A DNA stretch of 64,000 nt from Octopus sinensis (taxonomy: Eukaryota): NCBI RefSeq assembly GCF_006345805.1, contig NC_043024.1:18414001-18478000 (forward strand), in the 5' to 3' direction. Below are positions 50,837-64,000 of this stretch, piece after piece (positions within the stretch are counted from its first letter, which is position 1; every line of letters starts with the position of its first letter). Both the position numbers and the translations under genes were made by a program. Under the pieces are notes generated by a model. The model worked only from the letters and a program-made list of their open reading frames with translations. It had not been told where the DNA came from and ran no database searches.

Positions 50837-51049
50837 GTGTATATATTGCTAAATGTATATCTAATTTTGCATGAAAAATTTTTAAACAGATTTATCTTTT
50901 AATTTATTAATTTCTTATTTTTACAGCTAATTATTTACCCTGGGAATTCAGGCCTTTTCCCTTCTTCATAAACTATTTTTGATTTAAGGTTTTCTTCGAT
51001 TTTTATAATGATGTGATTTTAAACTGCAATTTGTTAATTCATGCAACCG

Positions 51050-51215
51050 GTTATTGAAAAGACCGTGAGCTGAAAGGACCAATGAAACAAAAGCATTTTC
51101 AAATGTGAATCTATCAAAGTAATTACATTTCTGCATATAACTCTATCAAAACTGTTCAACAAATGGGAATGTGAAACTCTGAGTAACGGATATTTTTGCT
51201 GCTTTTTAATAAAGC
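51050..51215 (+). mobile_element. Family E repeat with decayed HHR (51152-51189)
   Basis: ctgt TCAACAA ATG GGAA TGT GAAA CTCTGAGTA acgg. Confidence 0.5.
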
Positions 51216-52855
51216 ATATTACTCTACCTCTGGTATTTGAGTACTATTTTTTTCACCTTGTTTCATATTTATATTTATGTGCTTACTCTGGTATATAATA
51301 TATATATATATATATATCGATATATATATATATACCAACCACATGGTTCTGAGCTCAATCCCACTGCATGGCACCTTGGGTAAGTGTTTTCTACCATAGT
51401 CTTGGGCTATGTATGTATGTATGTTTGTGTGTGTATATGTTTCTGCATCTGTGTTTGTCCCCCCAACATCGTTTGACAATCGATGATGGTATGTTTATCT
51501 AAGCTTACAAAGAATAAGTCCCAGGGTCGATCTTCTTGACTAAAGGCAGTGCTCCAGCATGGCCACAGGGAAATGACTGAAACAAATAAGAAGAAAGAAT
51601 ATATATATATAATATATAATATAATATAATATATATATATATATATATATAATCAAAATAAGCAACGAGGATATCCTTGTTGCTTATTTTGATTATAATC
51701 ACCTTATTTTAAATTGTATGGATAATACCATACTAAATTCTGGTGCTTCATCTTAAGTACCATATTCATCTGAATCTAAATTTTTACTCAACTTATATAT
51801 ATATATATATATATATATAAAGGGGTTTGTATGATTGTGTATAGAGGGATATATGTTATTCAATGGAATTCCAACTCTATCTGTTTTTTATGTTTTATTT
51901 ATATTCTTTATAATATTAATGTAGAATATTGAATATATAGTATATATATAGTAAAATGAAATGAAGTATTGATTGTCTTATTGAATAGATGAAATGTTGA
52001 ATATCAAATATTAAGGGACTAGTATACTTTCTTGCATTAAAGCAGTCTTCAAGGTCCCAGGTTGTGACAGGAGTGTTTCAAATGTGCATATATATATATA
52101 TATATATACACACATACACACAAATATATATGTATTTAATACACAACCAAAACAGCTGCTAATAGTTTCATGCTTTTATGATACTTTAACAAAACATATT
52201 TATAAAATACGTCTTGTAGCTCTAAGCAATATTTCAGGCTCTGTTTATGCGTCGGATATAGCTATAACAAAATAAGGACAATGGACAGTGAGGAAATAAG
52301 AAAAAATAAGTAAAATGCCAAGAAAATCGATGCAAAAAAATGGAACAAGAAGAAAGAAATGAATGCCAGAAGACCAAGAATACCACTCTGATTGCAAAAA
52401 CCACAATTAATGCAGCCGTGTGTGTGTATGTGTATGTTTGGATATGTGGGTGCATGCTTATTTGTGTTTGTGTATGTGTGCACGTGTGTGTGCATTTGTG
52501 TGTGTGTGTGTGTCTATGAGTATGAATATGTATGTGTGTGTCACAGCTCATATTTCACTGCCATGTAGCAGAGCCATGTAGCATAGTTGAGCTATGACCC
52601 TCACACACACATATAAATTAGCATGCATATATGTGTGTGTGTGTGTGTGTGTGGTGTGTATGTGTGTGTGTGTGTGTATGTATATATGTCTGTAAAGTAT
52701 GTGTGTTGGTGTGTTTATGTATCTAAGGTTGTACATGTTGGTATTTGTGCCTTTGTATGTATGTTTGTGTGCGTGTGTGTGTGTGTGAATATGTATATGT
52801 ATAAGCACATGCTCACACATGCCTATATGAATAATTAGTATATATATATATATAT

Positions 52856-52958
52856 ATATTATTGGTGAATTGAAGAAATGGAGCTGAACGAAGATTGAAC
52901 AGAAATCGTTTCTGTTCAATCTTCGTTCAGCTCCATTTCTTCAATTCACCAATAATAT
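52856..52958. repeat. Perfect hairpin, 50-bp arms and 3-nt loop
   Basis: 52856-52905 is the exact reverse complement of 52909-52958; loop tcg. Confidence 0.9.
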
Positions 52959-53108
52959 TTTAATTTCAATTATCCGCACCAACGCACGGTTGCAACACCA
53001 TATGGTTGTACCTCCAACCGTGCTGTCTTCTGCTGTGATTTTTGCTACCAAGGTATTGGTTAAACTTTTGATTAATCTGCTACAAGATTATTCATCTTTC
53101 TATTTCAC

Positions 53109-53146
<38 letters not shown>

Positions 53147-53149
<3 letters not shown>

Positions 53150-55631
53150 TCATCATCATCATCATCGTTTAACGTCCGTTCTCCATGCTAGCATGGGTTG
53201 GACGGTTCGACCGGGGATCTGGGAAGCCAGAAGGCTGCACCAGGCTCCAACCTTGATCTGGCAGTGTTTCTACAGCTGGATGCCCTTCCTAACGCCAACC
53301 ACTCCGTGAGTGTAGTGGGTGCTTTTTATGTGCCACCTGCACAGGTGCCAGGTGAGGCTGGCAATGGCCACGGTCGGATTGGTGTATTTTATGTGCCACC
53401 GGCACGGAAGCCAGACGAGGCGGTGCTGGCATCGGCCACGAGTCGGATGGTGCTTTTTACGTACCACCAGACCAGGGATCCTGGCTGGTTCAATTCGATT
53501 TCGATTTCGCTTGCCCCAACATGTCTTCGCAAGCAAGGGGGTTGGCATGGGTGCCTGCCGTATGGTCAGATTGGTGTATTTTATGTGCCACCGGCACGGA
53601 AGCCAGTGGAGGCGGCGCTGGCATCGGCCACGAGTCAGATAGTGCTTTTTACGTACCACCAGACCAGGGAACCTGGCTGGTTCAATTCGATTTCGCTTGC
53701 CCCAACATGTCTTCGCAAGCAAGGGGGTTGGCATGGGTGCCTGTCGTACGGTCAGATTGGTGTATTTTATGTGCCACCGGCACGGAAGCCAGTGGAGGCG
53801 GCGCTGGCATCGGCCACGAGTCGGATAGTGCTTTTTACGTACCACCAGACCAGGGATCCTGGCTGGTTCAATTCAATTTTGACTTCGATTTCGATTTTGC
53901 TTGCCCCAACATGTCTTCACAAGCAAAGGGGGTTGGCATGGGTGCCTGTCGTCGGATGAGGTTCTATATCGACTTCGCTTGCCTCAACAGGTCTTTGTGT
54001 CCAAGGGAGGAAAGGCATTCATAAGTGGGCTGGGCTCACTTGTCCTGCCTGGTCTTCTCACGTACAGAATATTTCCAAAGGTCTCGGTCGCTGGTCATTT
54101 CCTCAGTGAGGCCTAAAGTTCGAAGGTCATGCTTCACCACCTCGTCCCAGGTTTTCCTGGTCTACCTCTTCCACGGGTTCCCTCAACTGCTAAGGATTGG
54201 CACTTTCTCACACACCTATCTTCATCCATTCTCGCCACATGACCATACCAGCGCAATCGTCTCTCTTGCACACCACAACTGATGCCTCTTAGGTACAACA
54301 TTTCTCTCAAGGTGCTAACGCTCTGTCGAGTATGTACACTGACATTACACATCCATCGGAGCATACTGGCTTCATTCCTCACGAGCTTACGCATATCCTC
54401 GGCAGTCACGGCCCATGTTTCACTGCCATGTAGCATGGCTGTTCGTACACACGCATCATACAGTCTGCCTTTTACTCTGAGCTCTGAGCGAGAGGCCTTT
54501 AGTCACCAGCAGAGGTAAGAGCTCCCTAAACTTTGCCCAGGCTATTCTTATTCTAGCAGTTACACTTTCAGCGCACCCACCCCCCCCACTACTGACTTGG
54601 TCACCAAGATAATGGAAGCTATCAACTACTTCTAGTTTTTCCCCTTGGAAAGTGACTGAAGTTATTTTCTGCAGATTTTCAGAGGTTAATGCTCCTGAGC
54701 ATCTGCCACATACAAAAACTATCTTCCCAGTTAGCCTACCTTTGACATTGCTGCACCTCTTATGTGTCCATAGCTTACACTGGGTACATCTTATAGAGTT
54801 TCTACTACTACACCTTTTCTACAGATCGAGCAGGGCCATCTTCCTGAAGACATTTGTGGATTGTCTACCTTCCTACTTATTAGGACTTTGGTTTTAGCTA
54901 GGTTGACTCTAAGGCCCCTCGATTCTAAACCTCCTTCCACACCTGGAACTTCTCCTCCAGCTCTGATAGTGACTCAGCAATAAGAGCAAGGTCGTCAGCG
55001 TAGAGGAGCTCCCAGGGACAACCTGTCTTGAATTCCTCCGTAATTGCCTGTAGGACTATGATAAATAGGAGGGGGCTGAGTACTGAACCCTGGTGGACCC
55101 CAACCTCTACTTTGAATTCTTCTGTGTACATGTTGCTAACCCTAACCTTACTTACAGCATCTCTGTACATGGCTTGCACAGTCCTCACCAGCCATTCATC
55201 TATCCCTAGTTTCCTCATTGACCACCAGATAAGGATCGGGGGACCCTATCAAAAGCTTTCTCCATGTCAACAAAAGCCAGGTACAGGGGCTTATCTTTGG
55301 CTAGGTATTTCTCCTGCAGCTGCCTTACCAGGAATATAGCATCCGTGGTACTTTTCCCTTGCACAACGAAACCAAACTGCATCTCATCTAAACTAACTCT
55401 CTCTCTAATTAGTGGGCTATGACCCTCTCCGTAACCTTCATTACTTGATCCAACAGCTTGATACCTCTGTAATTATTTGTATCTAGGGCATCACCTTTAC
55501 CTTTGTAGCAGTTGACTAGTATGCTGCTACACCAGTCATTGGGTATGACTCCTTCGTGTATCACCTGGTTAACTATACGGGTGACTAGGTTATAGCCGAC
55601 ACTGCCAGATATTTTGAGCATCTCTGCAGTA
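53147..55631 (-). mobile_element. Second 5'-truncated PHD-type RTE LINE copy
   Basis: MLKISGSVGY..., GVHQGSVLSPLLF, YADD, finger at ~54690-54845, different 3'-UTR modules, (ATC)n tail. Confidence 0.9.
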
Positions 55632-55915
55632 GTATATAGTGGTTAGAGGAGTAGACTCGCGGTTGAGGGATCGTGGATTCGAATCTCAGACTGGGCGATG
55701 TGTGTGTTTATGAGTGAAACACCTAAGCTCCACGCGGTTCCGGCCAAAGGTAATGGCGAACTTCTGCTGACTCATTCGCCACAACTTTCTCTTACTCTTT
55801 CCTCCTGCATCTTGCAGTTCACCTGTGATGGACCTCCATCCTGTCCAGGTGGGGAACCTATATGCCAAGAAACCGGGAAACCGGACCTTATGAGCCAGGC
55901 ATGGCTTGAAAAGTA
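55632..55915 (+). mobile_element. Diverged SINE family 2
   Basis: tagtggttag..gactcgcggt..ggattcgaatc..cacctaagctccacg. Confidence 0.65.
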
Positions 55916-55952
55916 ACAAACATATATATATATCTTTATATATATATCTTTA

Positions 55953-55987
<35 letters not shown>

Positions 55988-56129
55988 CTGTGTGCAATGT
56001 ATGTGCCTGTGTGAATGTTCGTGGATATGCATGTTTGTGCAGGTGTGCATGTAGTGTGCGTGTGTGTGAAGGCAGTGGGCTGACAGAATCATTGGCATGT
56101 CTGGCAAAATGCTTGGTGGAATTTCATCA

Positions 56130-56280
56130 GTTTTTGTGTTCTTGAGTTCAAGTTCTGCCAAGGTTGACTTTGCCTTTCATCCTTTCAGGTTTGATAAAAT
56201 AAGTACCAGTTGAGTACTGGGGGTCGATGAAATTGACCCTATTACCTCTCTTGAACTCGCCTGCTTTGTGCCAATATTTG
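56130..56280 (+). mobile_element. SINE family 3 fragment
   Basis: gagttcaagttctgccaaggttgactttgcctttcatcctttc...aataagtaccag. Confidence 0.65.
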
Positions 56281-56414
56281 AAACAGATATATTATATGTT
56301 TGCATGTGCATGCCTGAGTTTGTATGTTTGTGTATGTGTGCAGTTTGTGTTTTTGCATGTGACTGTCTATGCATGTGTATATGCTTGGATGTGCATGTGT
56401 GCACGCACAATGCA

Positions 56415-56621
56415 CTGCTGAAAAGTTCCTGTCTTTGAGTAAAAGAAAATACAGGAGGATCATTTAATTATGGTTTTATTCAACATATTCCCCTTTAAGA
56501 TTCACACACTTATTGCAGCAGTCCTTCGGTTTTTCTAAGCCCTGTCAAAGAACTCAGAAGGTTAGGCCTCCAATCTGGCCTTTCTCGATATCCTTAAAGC
56601 CAGGAACTTTTTGCACCCTTC
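56415..56621. mobile_element. Mariner-type MITE (~200 bp)
   Basis: TIRs gctgaaaagttcctg / caggaactttttgc. Homologue at 59370-59570. Confidence 0.7.
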
Positions 56622-57767
56622 ATGTATGTATGTATGAATGTATGTATGTATGTATGTATGTATGTATGTATGTATGTATGTATGTTGTATGTATGTATGT
56701 ATGTGTGTATGTGTGTATGTATGTATGTATGTATGTATGTATGTATGTATGTATGTATGTATGTATGTGTGTGTGTATGTATGTATGTATGTGTGTGTGT
56801 ATGTATGTATGTATGTAGGTATGTATGTATGTATGTTGTATGTTGTGTATGTGTATGTAGGTATGTATGTGTGTATTATGTATGTATGTATGTATGTATG
56901 TATTATGTATGTGTGTATTATGTATGTATGGATGTATGTGTGTGTATGTATGTATGTATGTATGTATGTTATGTATGTATGTATGTATGTATGATGTATG
57001 TATGTGTGTGTGTATGTATGTATGTATGTATGTATGTATGTATGTGTGTATGTTGTATGTATGTTGTATGATGTATGTAGTATGTATGTGTGTGTGTATG
57101 TATGTATGTATGATGTATGTATGTATGTATGTATTATGTTGTATGTATGTATGTGTGTATGTGTGTGTAGTATGTAGGTATGTATGTATGTATGTGTGTA
57201 TGTATGTATGTATGTATGTATGTATGTATGTGTATGTATGTGTGTGTGTATGTATGTAGTATGTATGTATGTATGTATGTATGTGTGTATGTATGTATGT
57301 ATGTATGTATGTATGTATGTATGTGTGTGTGTATGTATGTATGTATGTATGTATGTATGTATGTATGTATGTATGTATGGATGTATGTATGTATGTATGT
57401 GTGTATGTATTATGTATGTATGTATGTATGTGTGTATGTGGTGTATGTATGTATGTATGTATGTATGTATGTATGTGGTATGTATGTGTGTAGTATGTAT
57501 GTATGTGTATGTATGTATGTATGTATGTATGTGTGTGTATGTATGTATGTATGTATGTATGTATGTAGTGTGTATGTATGTATGTATGTAGTATGTATGT
57601 ATGTATGTATGTAGTGTGTGGTGTGTATGTATGTATGTATGTGTATGTATGTGTGTGTATGTATGTATGTATGTATGTATGTGTATGTATGTATGGTGTA
57701 TGTATGTATGTATGTATGTATGTATGTATGTATGTTATGTATGTATGTTGTTGTATGTATGTATGTG

Positions 57768-57799
<32 letters not shown>

Positions 57800-59345
57800 G
57801 TGTATGTATGTATGTATGTATGTATGTGTGTATGTATGTATGTATTATGTATGTATGTATGTATGTATGTATGTATGTTGTATGTATGTATGTATGTATG
57901 TATGTGTGGTATGTATGTATGTATGTATGTATGTGTGTATGTATGTATGTATGTATGTATTGTATGTATGTATGTGTGTATGTATGGTATGTATGTATGT
58001 ATGTATGTAGGTATGTGTGTATGTATGTGTGTATGTATGTATGTATGTATGTATGTTGTATGATGTTGTATGTATGTATTATGTATGTATGTATGTATGT
58101 ATGTTGGTATGTATGTATGTATGTATGTATGTATGTGTGTATGTAGGTATGTATGTATGTATGTATGTGGTATGTATGTATGTGTATGTATGTATGTATG
58201 TATGTATGTATGTATGTATGTGTGTGTGTGTGTAGTATGTATGTATGTATGTATGTATGTATGTATGTATGTATGTATGTATGTATGTATGTATGTGTGT
58301 ATGTATGTATGTATGTATGTATGTATGTATGTATGTATGTATGTATGGATGTATGTATGTGTGTATGTATGTATGTGTGTATGTATGTATGTATGTATGT
58401 ATGTATGTATGTATGTATGTATGTATGTATGTATGTATGTGTATGTATTGTGTATGTATGTATGTATGTATGTATTATGTATGTATGTGTGTATGTATGT
58501 ATGTATGTGTGTATGTATGTATGTATGTATGTATGTATGTATGTGTGTATGTATGTATGTATGTATTGTATGTATGTATGTGTGTATGTATGTTGTATGT
58601 ATGTATGTATATGTATGTATGTATGTGTGTATGTATGTATGTATGTATGTATGTATGTTGTGTGTATGTATGTATGTATGTATGTAGTATGTATGTATGT
58701 ATGGTGTATGTATGTATGTATGTATGTATGTATGTATGTATGTATGTGTGTATGTTGTATGTATGTATGTATGTATGTATGTATGATGTATGTTGTATGT
58801 GTGTATGATGTATGTATGTATGTATGTAGTATGTATGTATGTGTGTATGTGTGTATGTATGTATGGTATTATGTATGTAGTGTATGTGTGTATGTATGTA
58901 ATGTATGTATGTATGTATGTATGATGTATGTATGTATGTAGTGTGTATGTATGTATGTATGTATGTATGTATGTATGTATGTATGTGTGGGTGTATGTAT
59001 GTATTATGTTGTATGTATGTATGTATGTATGTGTGTATGTATGTGTTATGTATGTATGTATGTATGTATGTGTGTATGTATGTATGTATGTATGTATGTG
59101 TATGTATGTATGTATGTATGTATGTAGTGTATGTATGTATGTTGTATGTATGTATTATGTGTGTATGTATGTATTATGTATGTATGTATGGATGTATGTA
59201 TGTATGTATGTATGTATGTATGTGTATGTTGTATGTATGTATTATGTATTATGTATGTATGTATGTATGTATGCATGTATGTATGTATGTATGTATGTAT
59301 GCATGTGTATGTATGTATGTATGTATGTATGTATGTATGTATGTA
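56622..59345. repeat. ~2.7-kb imperfect (TATG)n microsatellite
   Basis: Directly visible. Confidence 0.95.
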
Positions 59346-59369
59346 TATACACACACACATAAACATACA

Positions 59370-59570
59370 TAAGAGGGGTTGCTGAAAAATTCCTGGATTT
59401 GGGTAAAAGAAAATATAAGGGGATCAGTTAATTATGATTTTATCCAACATATTCCCCTCTCAGATTCACACACTTATTGCAGTGGTCCCTGAGTTGTCTT
59501 CTGTAAAAGAGCTCGAAAGCTAGGCCTTTCATGACATCCTTAAAGCCAGGAGCTTTTCAGTACCCACCCC
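59370..59570. mobile_element. Mariner-type MITE
   Basis: taagaggggttgctgaaaaattcctgg ... ccaggagcttttcagtaccc. Confidence 0.7.
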
Positions 59571-59794
59571 TTCCCTGGTATGTGTGAGCCTGAAGGGACT
59601 CCAATGTTTGATAGTAAAGTTTAAGAATGATCCTTCTCAAATCGAAGACCTACCAGCTGGCTCAGGAAACGATCAGCATATGAAGCTGCCTTGGCTTTTG
59701 TTCAGCCCTTAATAGCATTTTGAGAAGAGATTAAATTCCCTAGAAGGGAGAGGGAGATCCCCTGCTGAAAAAGTCCCGCAGGGCTTATTCTCTC

Positions 59795-60153
59795 TTTACT
59801 CTTTTATTCTTTTACTTGTTTCAGTCATTTGACTGAGGCCATGCTGGAGCACCGCTTTTAGTCGAGCAAATCGACCACAGGACTTATTCTTTGTAAGCCT
59901 AGTACTTATTCTATTGATGTCTTTTGCCGAACCGCTAAGTTACGGGGACGTAAACACACCAGCATCATTTGTCAAGCGATGTTGGGGGGACAAACACATA
60001 CATATATACGATGGGCTTCTTTCAGTTTCTGTCTACCAAATCCACTCACAAGGCTTTGGTCAGCCCGAGGCTATAGTAGCCCGCAGTGGGACTGAACCCG
60101 GAATCATGTGGTTGGTAAGCAAGCTACTTACCATTCAGCCACTCCTATGCCTA
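59795..60153 (-). mobile_element. SINE family 1 with internal deletions
   Basis: Reverse-complement match to the family consensus. Confidence 0.8.
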
Positions 60154-60344
60154 TAAAATAAAGATATGAAACTTGCTTGTATGTTCTGTTCCTTCTGTCA
60201 TCTTGAGCAGGGATTATGTCCTGTTGCGGATGGAAGGAGTTTAGGGATAAACCAGTAAAAAAGAAAATTTTAAAACAATTTGCCTTTCTGCTAACAACTA
60301 ACAAATCAACCAAAGCAAAAGGTCACCAGAGTACCACACCATCA

Positions 60345-60915
60345 TACCCTCCAACCCACCACCACCACCACCACCACCACCACCACCATCACCATCATAA
60401 CCACCATATCTTCACTTATGTCACAACCATCACTAGTACAAGTACTAACAATAGCACCATTGGCACCACTACTACTACCACCACTTGCAAAATGACCACT
60501 TGCAACACCATCACCGCCACCACCACCACCACCACCACCACCAATGGCAACACCACCAGTGGTACCAACACCGGCGACATCACCACCACCCCCAGCAGCA
60601 GTACCACCACCTGTAGCACCACCAGCGCCCCACCAGCGGTACCACCACCAGTGGCACCACCACTATCAGTGGTATCACCCACCACCCCCAGTGGCACCAC
60701 CACCAGTGGCACCTACATCCCCACCACAACCACCACCACCACCACCACCACCACCTCCACCACTACCACCGTGACCATCACCACCACCAACAACAACAAC
60801 AACAACAGCAACAACAACAACAACTACTCTGCCACTTCCACTGCCACTGCTACCCCCACCCCCACCACCACCACCAATACTACTACAAATAACAACAACA
60901 ACAACAACAGCAACA
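60345..60915. repeat. (CAC)n/(AAC)n cryptic trinucleotide tract
   Basis: Directly visible. Confidence 0.9.
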
Positions 60916-61661
60916 ATCAATCAATACCCGCTTCACAGTGGTTAAATAATGCAGGACTTAGAATCTGCGAGACATGCTTTACTAACATGGCTCGTGTTTG
61001 CTGAGCAATCAAGTTAATATGGACAGAACAAGGAAGAATTTCAAGACAGCCAAAGCAGGAGCAAAAGAACAAACCAGAAGAAAAAAGACAAAAAAAAATA
61101 TTGTCTGAATCTCATTAATATGTCTGGAAGGAATAAGGAAGGACTCTTTTTTCTTCTGTTTATATATTTATTGTTTTTGTGATTATCGGAAGAGAATAAG
61201 TAGATACATGAGGCCGTTGTTTGAGGGGAGAAGAGAGTCGATATGATGAGATATGGATGGAAAATATATGAATTCTTTTGGTATTGCATACAGATGTGTA
61301 CTGATATGTGTGCGTGATAGAATTTATTTCATGTATGTGTGTGTATGTGTATATATGTGTGTATATATTATACAAATACACATTTATATTATATATATTG
61401 TACATATATGATTATATATATTCATATACACACACATAGATGTACACACAGACACACATACAGACGTACATATATACATCACTGGATGGAGTGCTTTTTG
61501 GTTGACCTTAATAGAACAGTAAACAATATATATATACAAACATATACAGTCATGCACATATGGATACATATATGTGATATATATATATATATATATATAT
61601 TTATGCACTCACATTTTATATATGTTTGTGTTTATATACATACATTATACATGAGTATGCA

Positions 61662-61708
<47 letters not shown>

Positions 61709-61726
61709 ATATATATAATGTGACCT

Positions 61727-61928
61727 CGTGTGTACCGTTGGCGATTTTTTTTCCTCTGTCTTCCCTTCTCTGGATCTTTCCTTCTCCTATGTTTCCGATG
61801 AAGAGCTCCACTCGAAACGTTAAACCCTCTGTCTTTCCTTCTTTCCTGAGTGTCCAATAATACTATATTTGTTCCACGTCCTCGCGTTGCTGTGTTTTTT
61901 TTGTGTTTTCTTGTTTGGATTAACTTTA
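61727..61928 (+). mobile_element. Family D pLTR-like repeat with HHR-like core (61795-61854)
   Basis: CCGATGA A GAG ctcca CTC GAAA CGTT...GAGTGTC. Confidence 0.6.
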
Positions 61929-62070
61929 TATATATACCCATATACATACATATTGACTATAAAATATTTCCTTATCTATATCAATCTAGCTATCTGTCTC
62001 TTTTTGTCAGCCTATTTTTCATTCTGCCTGTCCTGTGCTCTGGTCTCAACATATGTATGTATGAATATGC

Positions 62071-62124
<54 letters not shown>

Positions 62125-62143
62125 GTATGTATGTAAGTGTATA

Positions 62144-62174
<31 letters not shown>

Positions 62175-62193
62175 ATATATATATACATATGTA

Positions 62194-62256
<63 letters not shown>

Positions 62257-62639
62257 GTATGTGTATGTATATACATTTATAGTTATATTTATATATATAG
62301 TGCATACATATATATAAGTGTGTATGTGTATATATGTATACATATATATGTGTATGTGTGAGTGTGAAGACTTATATTTGTTCTAATATAGTCTGTTGTT
62401 TATATGAACAAATATATTCATATGACTTCGTTATTTTCATTTGCTTAGTCCAATAATATTAATGTTTATTAAATGTACTTGTTTCCTTTTTTCCTTTTCC
62501 TTCTATGAATAAACATTGCCAGAGAAAAAGAGAGGACAAAAGAAATAGAAGGCAAAGTTGGGGTCAAGGAGGTCAGTAAATTCGATAGAGTTTAGCAGAC
62601 TGAACAAACAGGATAAAGATATATGAGAAAGAAAAGAGG

Positions 62640-62990
62640 TTATCTGCAGGGAGGAGAGCATTATGTAATATGTTGATGTCACTGCTAACACTGCATTAAT
62701 AAGTTACATGGTGCTTACAGAGACAAATTTCAAGAGTCCTTTGCATCATCACAGCTACTTGTTCTGACATTCACACTTGAGAAAAGCCACGACATTTTCA
62801 AAGCATATTTGAAATTAAAAGATAAAATAAAAATAGGCCACCAGCATTATGTGAACAGTGTTAGATAAAGTGCAAGCATCTGAGAACGTGTCAAACTGCT
62901 GTGACCTCTGTCTTGCAGAAAAATTCCACATTATGCACGAAGTTGACCCAGTTTTCAATAAAAGGATCTAATTTTGCATGCAAAGAACCA
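62640..62990 (+). mobile_element. Penelope-like GIY-YIG C-terminal remnant of a second PLE lineage
   Basis: Degenerate reading gives LTETNFK, ATTFSKHILKLKDK and CDLCLAEKFHI...FNKR, resembling PLE GxTExxFK...TxLSxHxWxLK...CxLCLxEK...LNKRSE. Confidence 0.65.
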
Positions 62991-63213
62991 ATTCTTCCTC
63001 AGTGATTCCAAAATGGATACCAGTAATTAATGACAATCTGCTGTGTTTTTTGCTGTTACAGTCATTCCATTTCTTTGTTTTTCAACCTTTTGATGTGTTT
63101 GTGTGACTGAAAGGTGGAGTGAATAAAACCAATCATCTAAGTATGTACATGTATTAAGGTACATTAATTAAGATACATTAGGCATAACACATAAATTGTA
63201 TGTTTTTTATAAT

Positions 63214-64000
63214 TAGGCGCAGGAGTGGCTGTGTGGTAGGTAGCTTGTTTACCAACCACATGGTTCCGGGTTCAGTCCCACTGCGTGGTACCTTGGGCAA
63301 GTGTCTTCTACTATAGTTTCGGGCTGACCAAAGCCTTGAGAGTGGATTTGGTAGATGCATATATATGTATATGTAAGTAGCTTGCTAACCAACCACATGG
63401 TTCCAGGTTCAGTCCCACTGCTTGGCATCTTGGGCAACTGTCTTCTGCTATGGCCCCGGGCCGACCAATGCCTTGTGAGTGGATTTGGTAGATGGAAACT
63501 GAAAGAAGCCTGTCGTATATATGTATATATATATATATATATATGTGTATTTGTGTGTCTGTGTTTGTCCCCCTACCATTGCTTGACAACCGATGCAGGT
63601 GTATTTACATCCCCGTCACTTAGCGGTTAGGCAAAAGAACCTGATAGAATAAGTTCTGGGCTTACAAAGAATAAGTCCCGAGGTCGAGTTGCTCGATTAA
63701 AGGCGGTGCTCCAGCATGGCCGCAGTCAAATGACTGAAACAAGTTAAAGAGTAAAGAGTAAAGAGTATGTGCGTGTATGTTTGTGTGTCTGTGTTTGTCC
63801 CCCTAGCATTGCTTGACAACCGATGCTGGTGTGTTTATGTCCCCGTCACTTAGCGGTTCGGCAAAAGAGACCCATAGAATAAGTATTGGACTTACAAAGA
63901 GTAAGTCCCAGGGTCGTTTTGCCCGACTAAAGGTGGTGCTCCAGCATGGCCGCAGTCAATTGACTGAAACAAGTAAAAGAGAAAAAGAGTAAAGAGTATG
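63214..64000 (+). mobile_element. Cluster of three tandem or partial SINE family 1 copies
   Basis: Head at 63214, restart at ~63375, third 3' half from ~63770. Confidence 0.85.

Noticed and set aside
56622-59372. Many long MYVC-repeat ORFs
   Set aside because: (TATG)n lacks stop codons in these frames, so the ORFs are artefacts.
60216-61004. 262-aa His/Thr/Asn-rich ORF
   Set aside because: It is a translation of (CAC)n/(AAC)n repeats, with no domain or splice evidence.

Overview
Repeat-saturated, AT-rich eukaryotic DNA. The SINE families present suggest an octopus/cephalopod genome (inference from recognition, no database search). I found no intact protein-coding gene: most listed ORFs are translations of microsatellites. 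Recognisable content includes several tRNA-derived SINE families, RTE-, CR1- and HERO-type LINE fragments, Penelope-like (PLE) RT/GIY-YIG fragments, Tc1, mariner and Merlin DNA-transposon remnants, a solo LTR, and a processed FAU (FUBI-eS30) pseudogene. The standout signal is a set of type I hammerhead ribozyme (HHR) repeats read by eye. Two are retrozyme-like tandem arrays with intact-looking HHRs: a 359-bp monomer at 14838-15790 and a ~477-bp monomer at 23253-25320. A third family carries a compensatory G3-C8 core (3471-3521), and several degenerate PLE-type HHRs are also present. The three best cases share one architecture: a head-to-head inversion with its junction at or next to a ribozyme, embedded in TA/CA microsatellite. 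All pairings were worked out manually and have not been folded computationally or tested.
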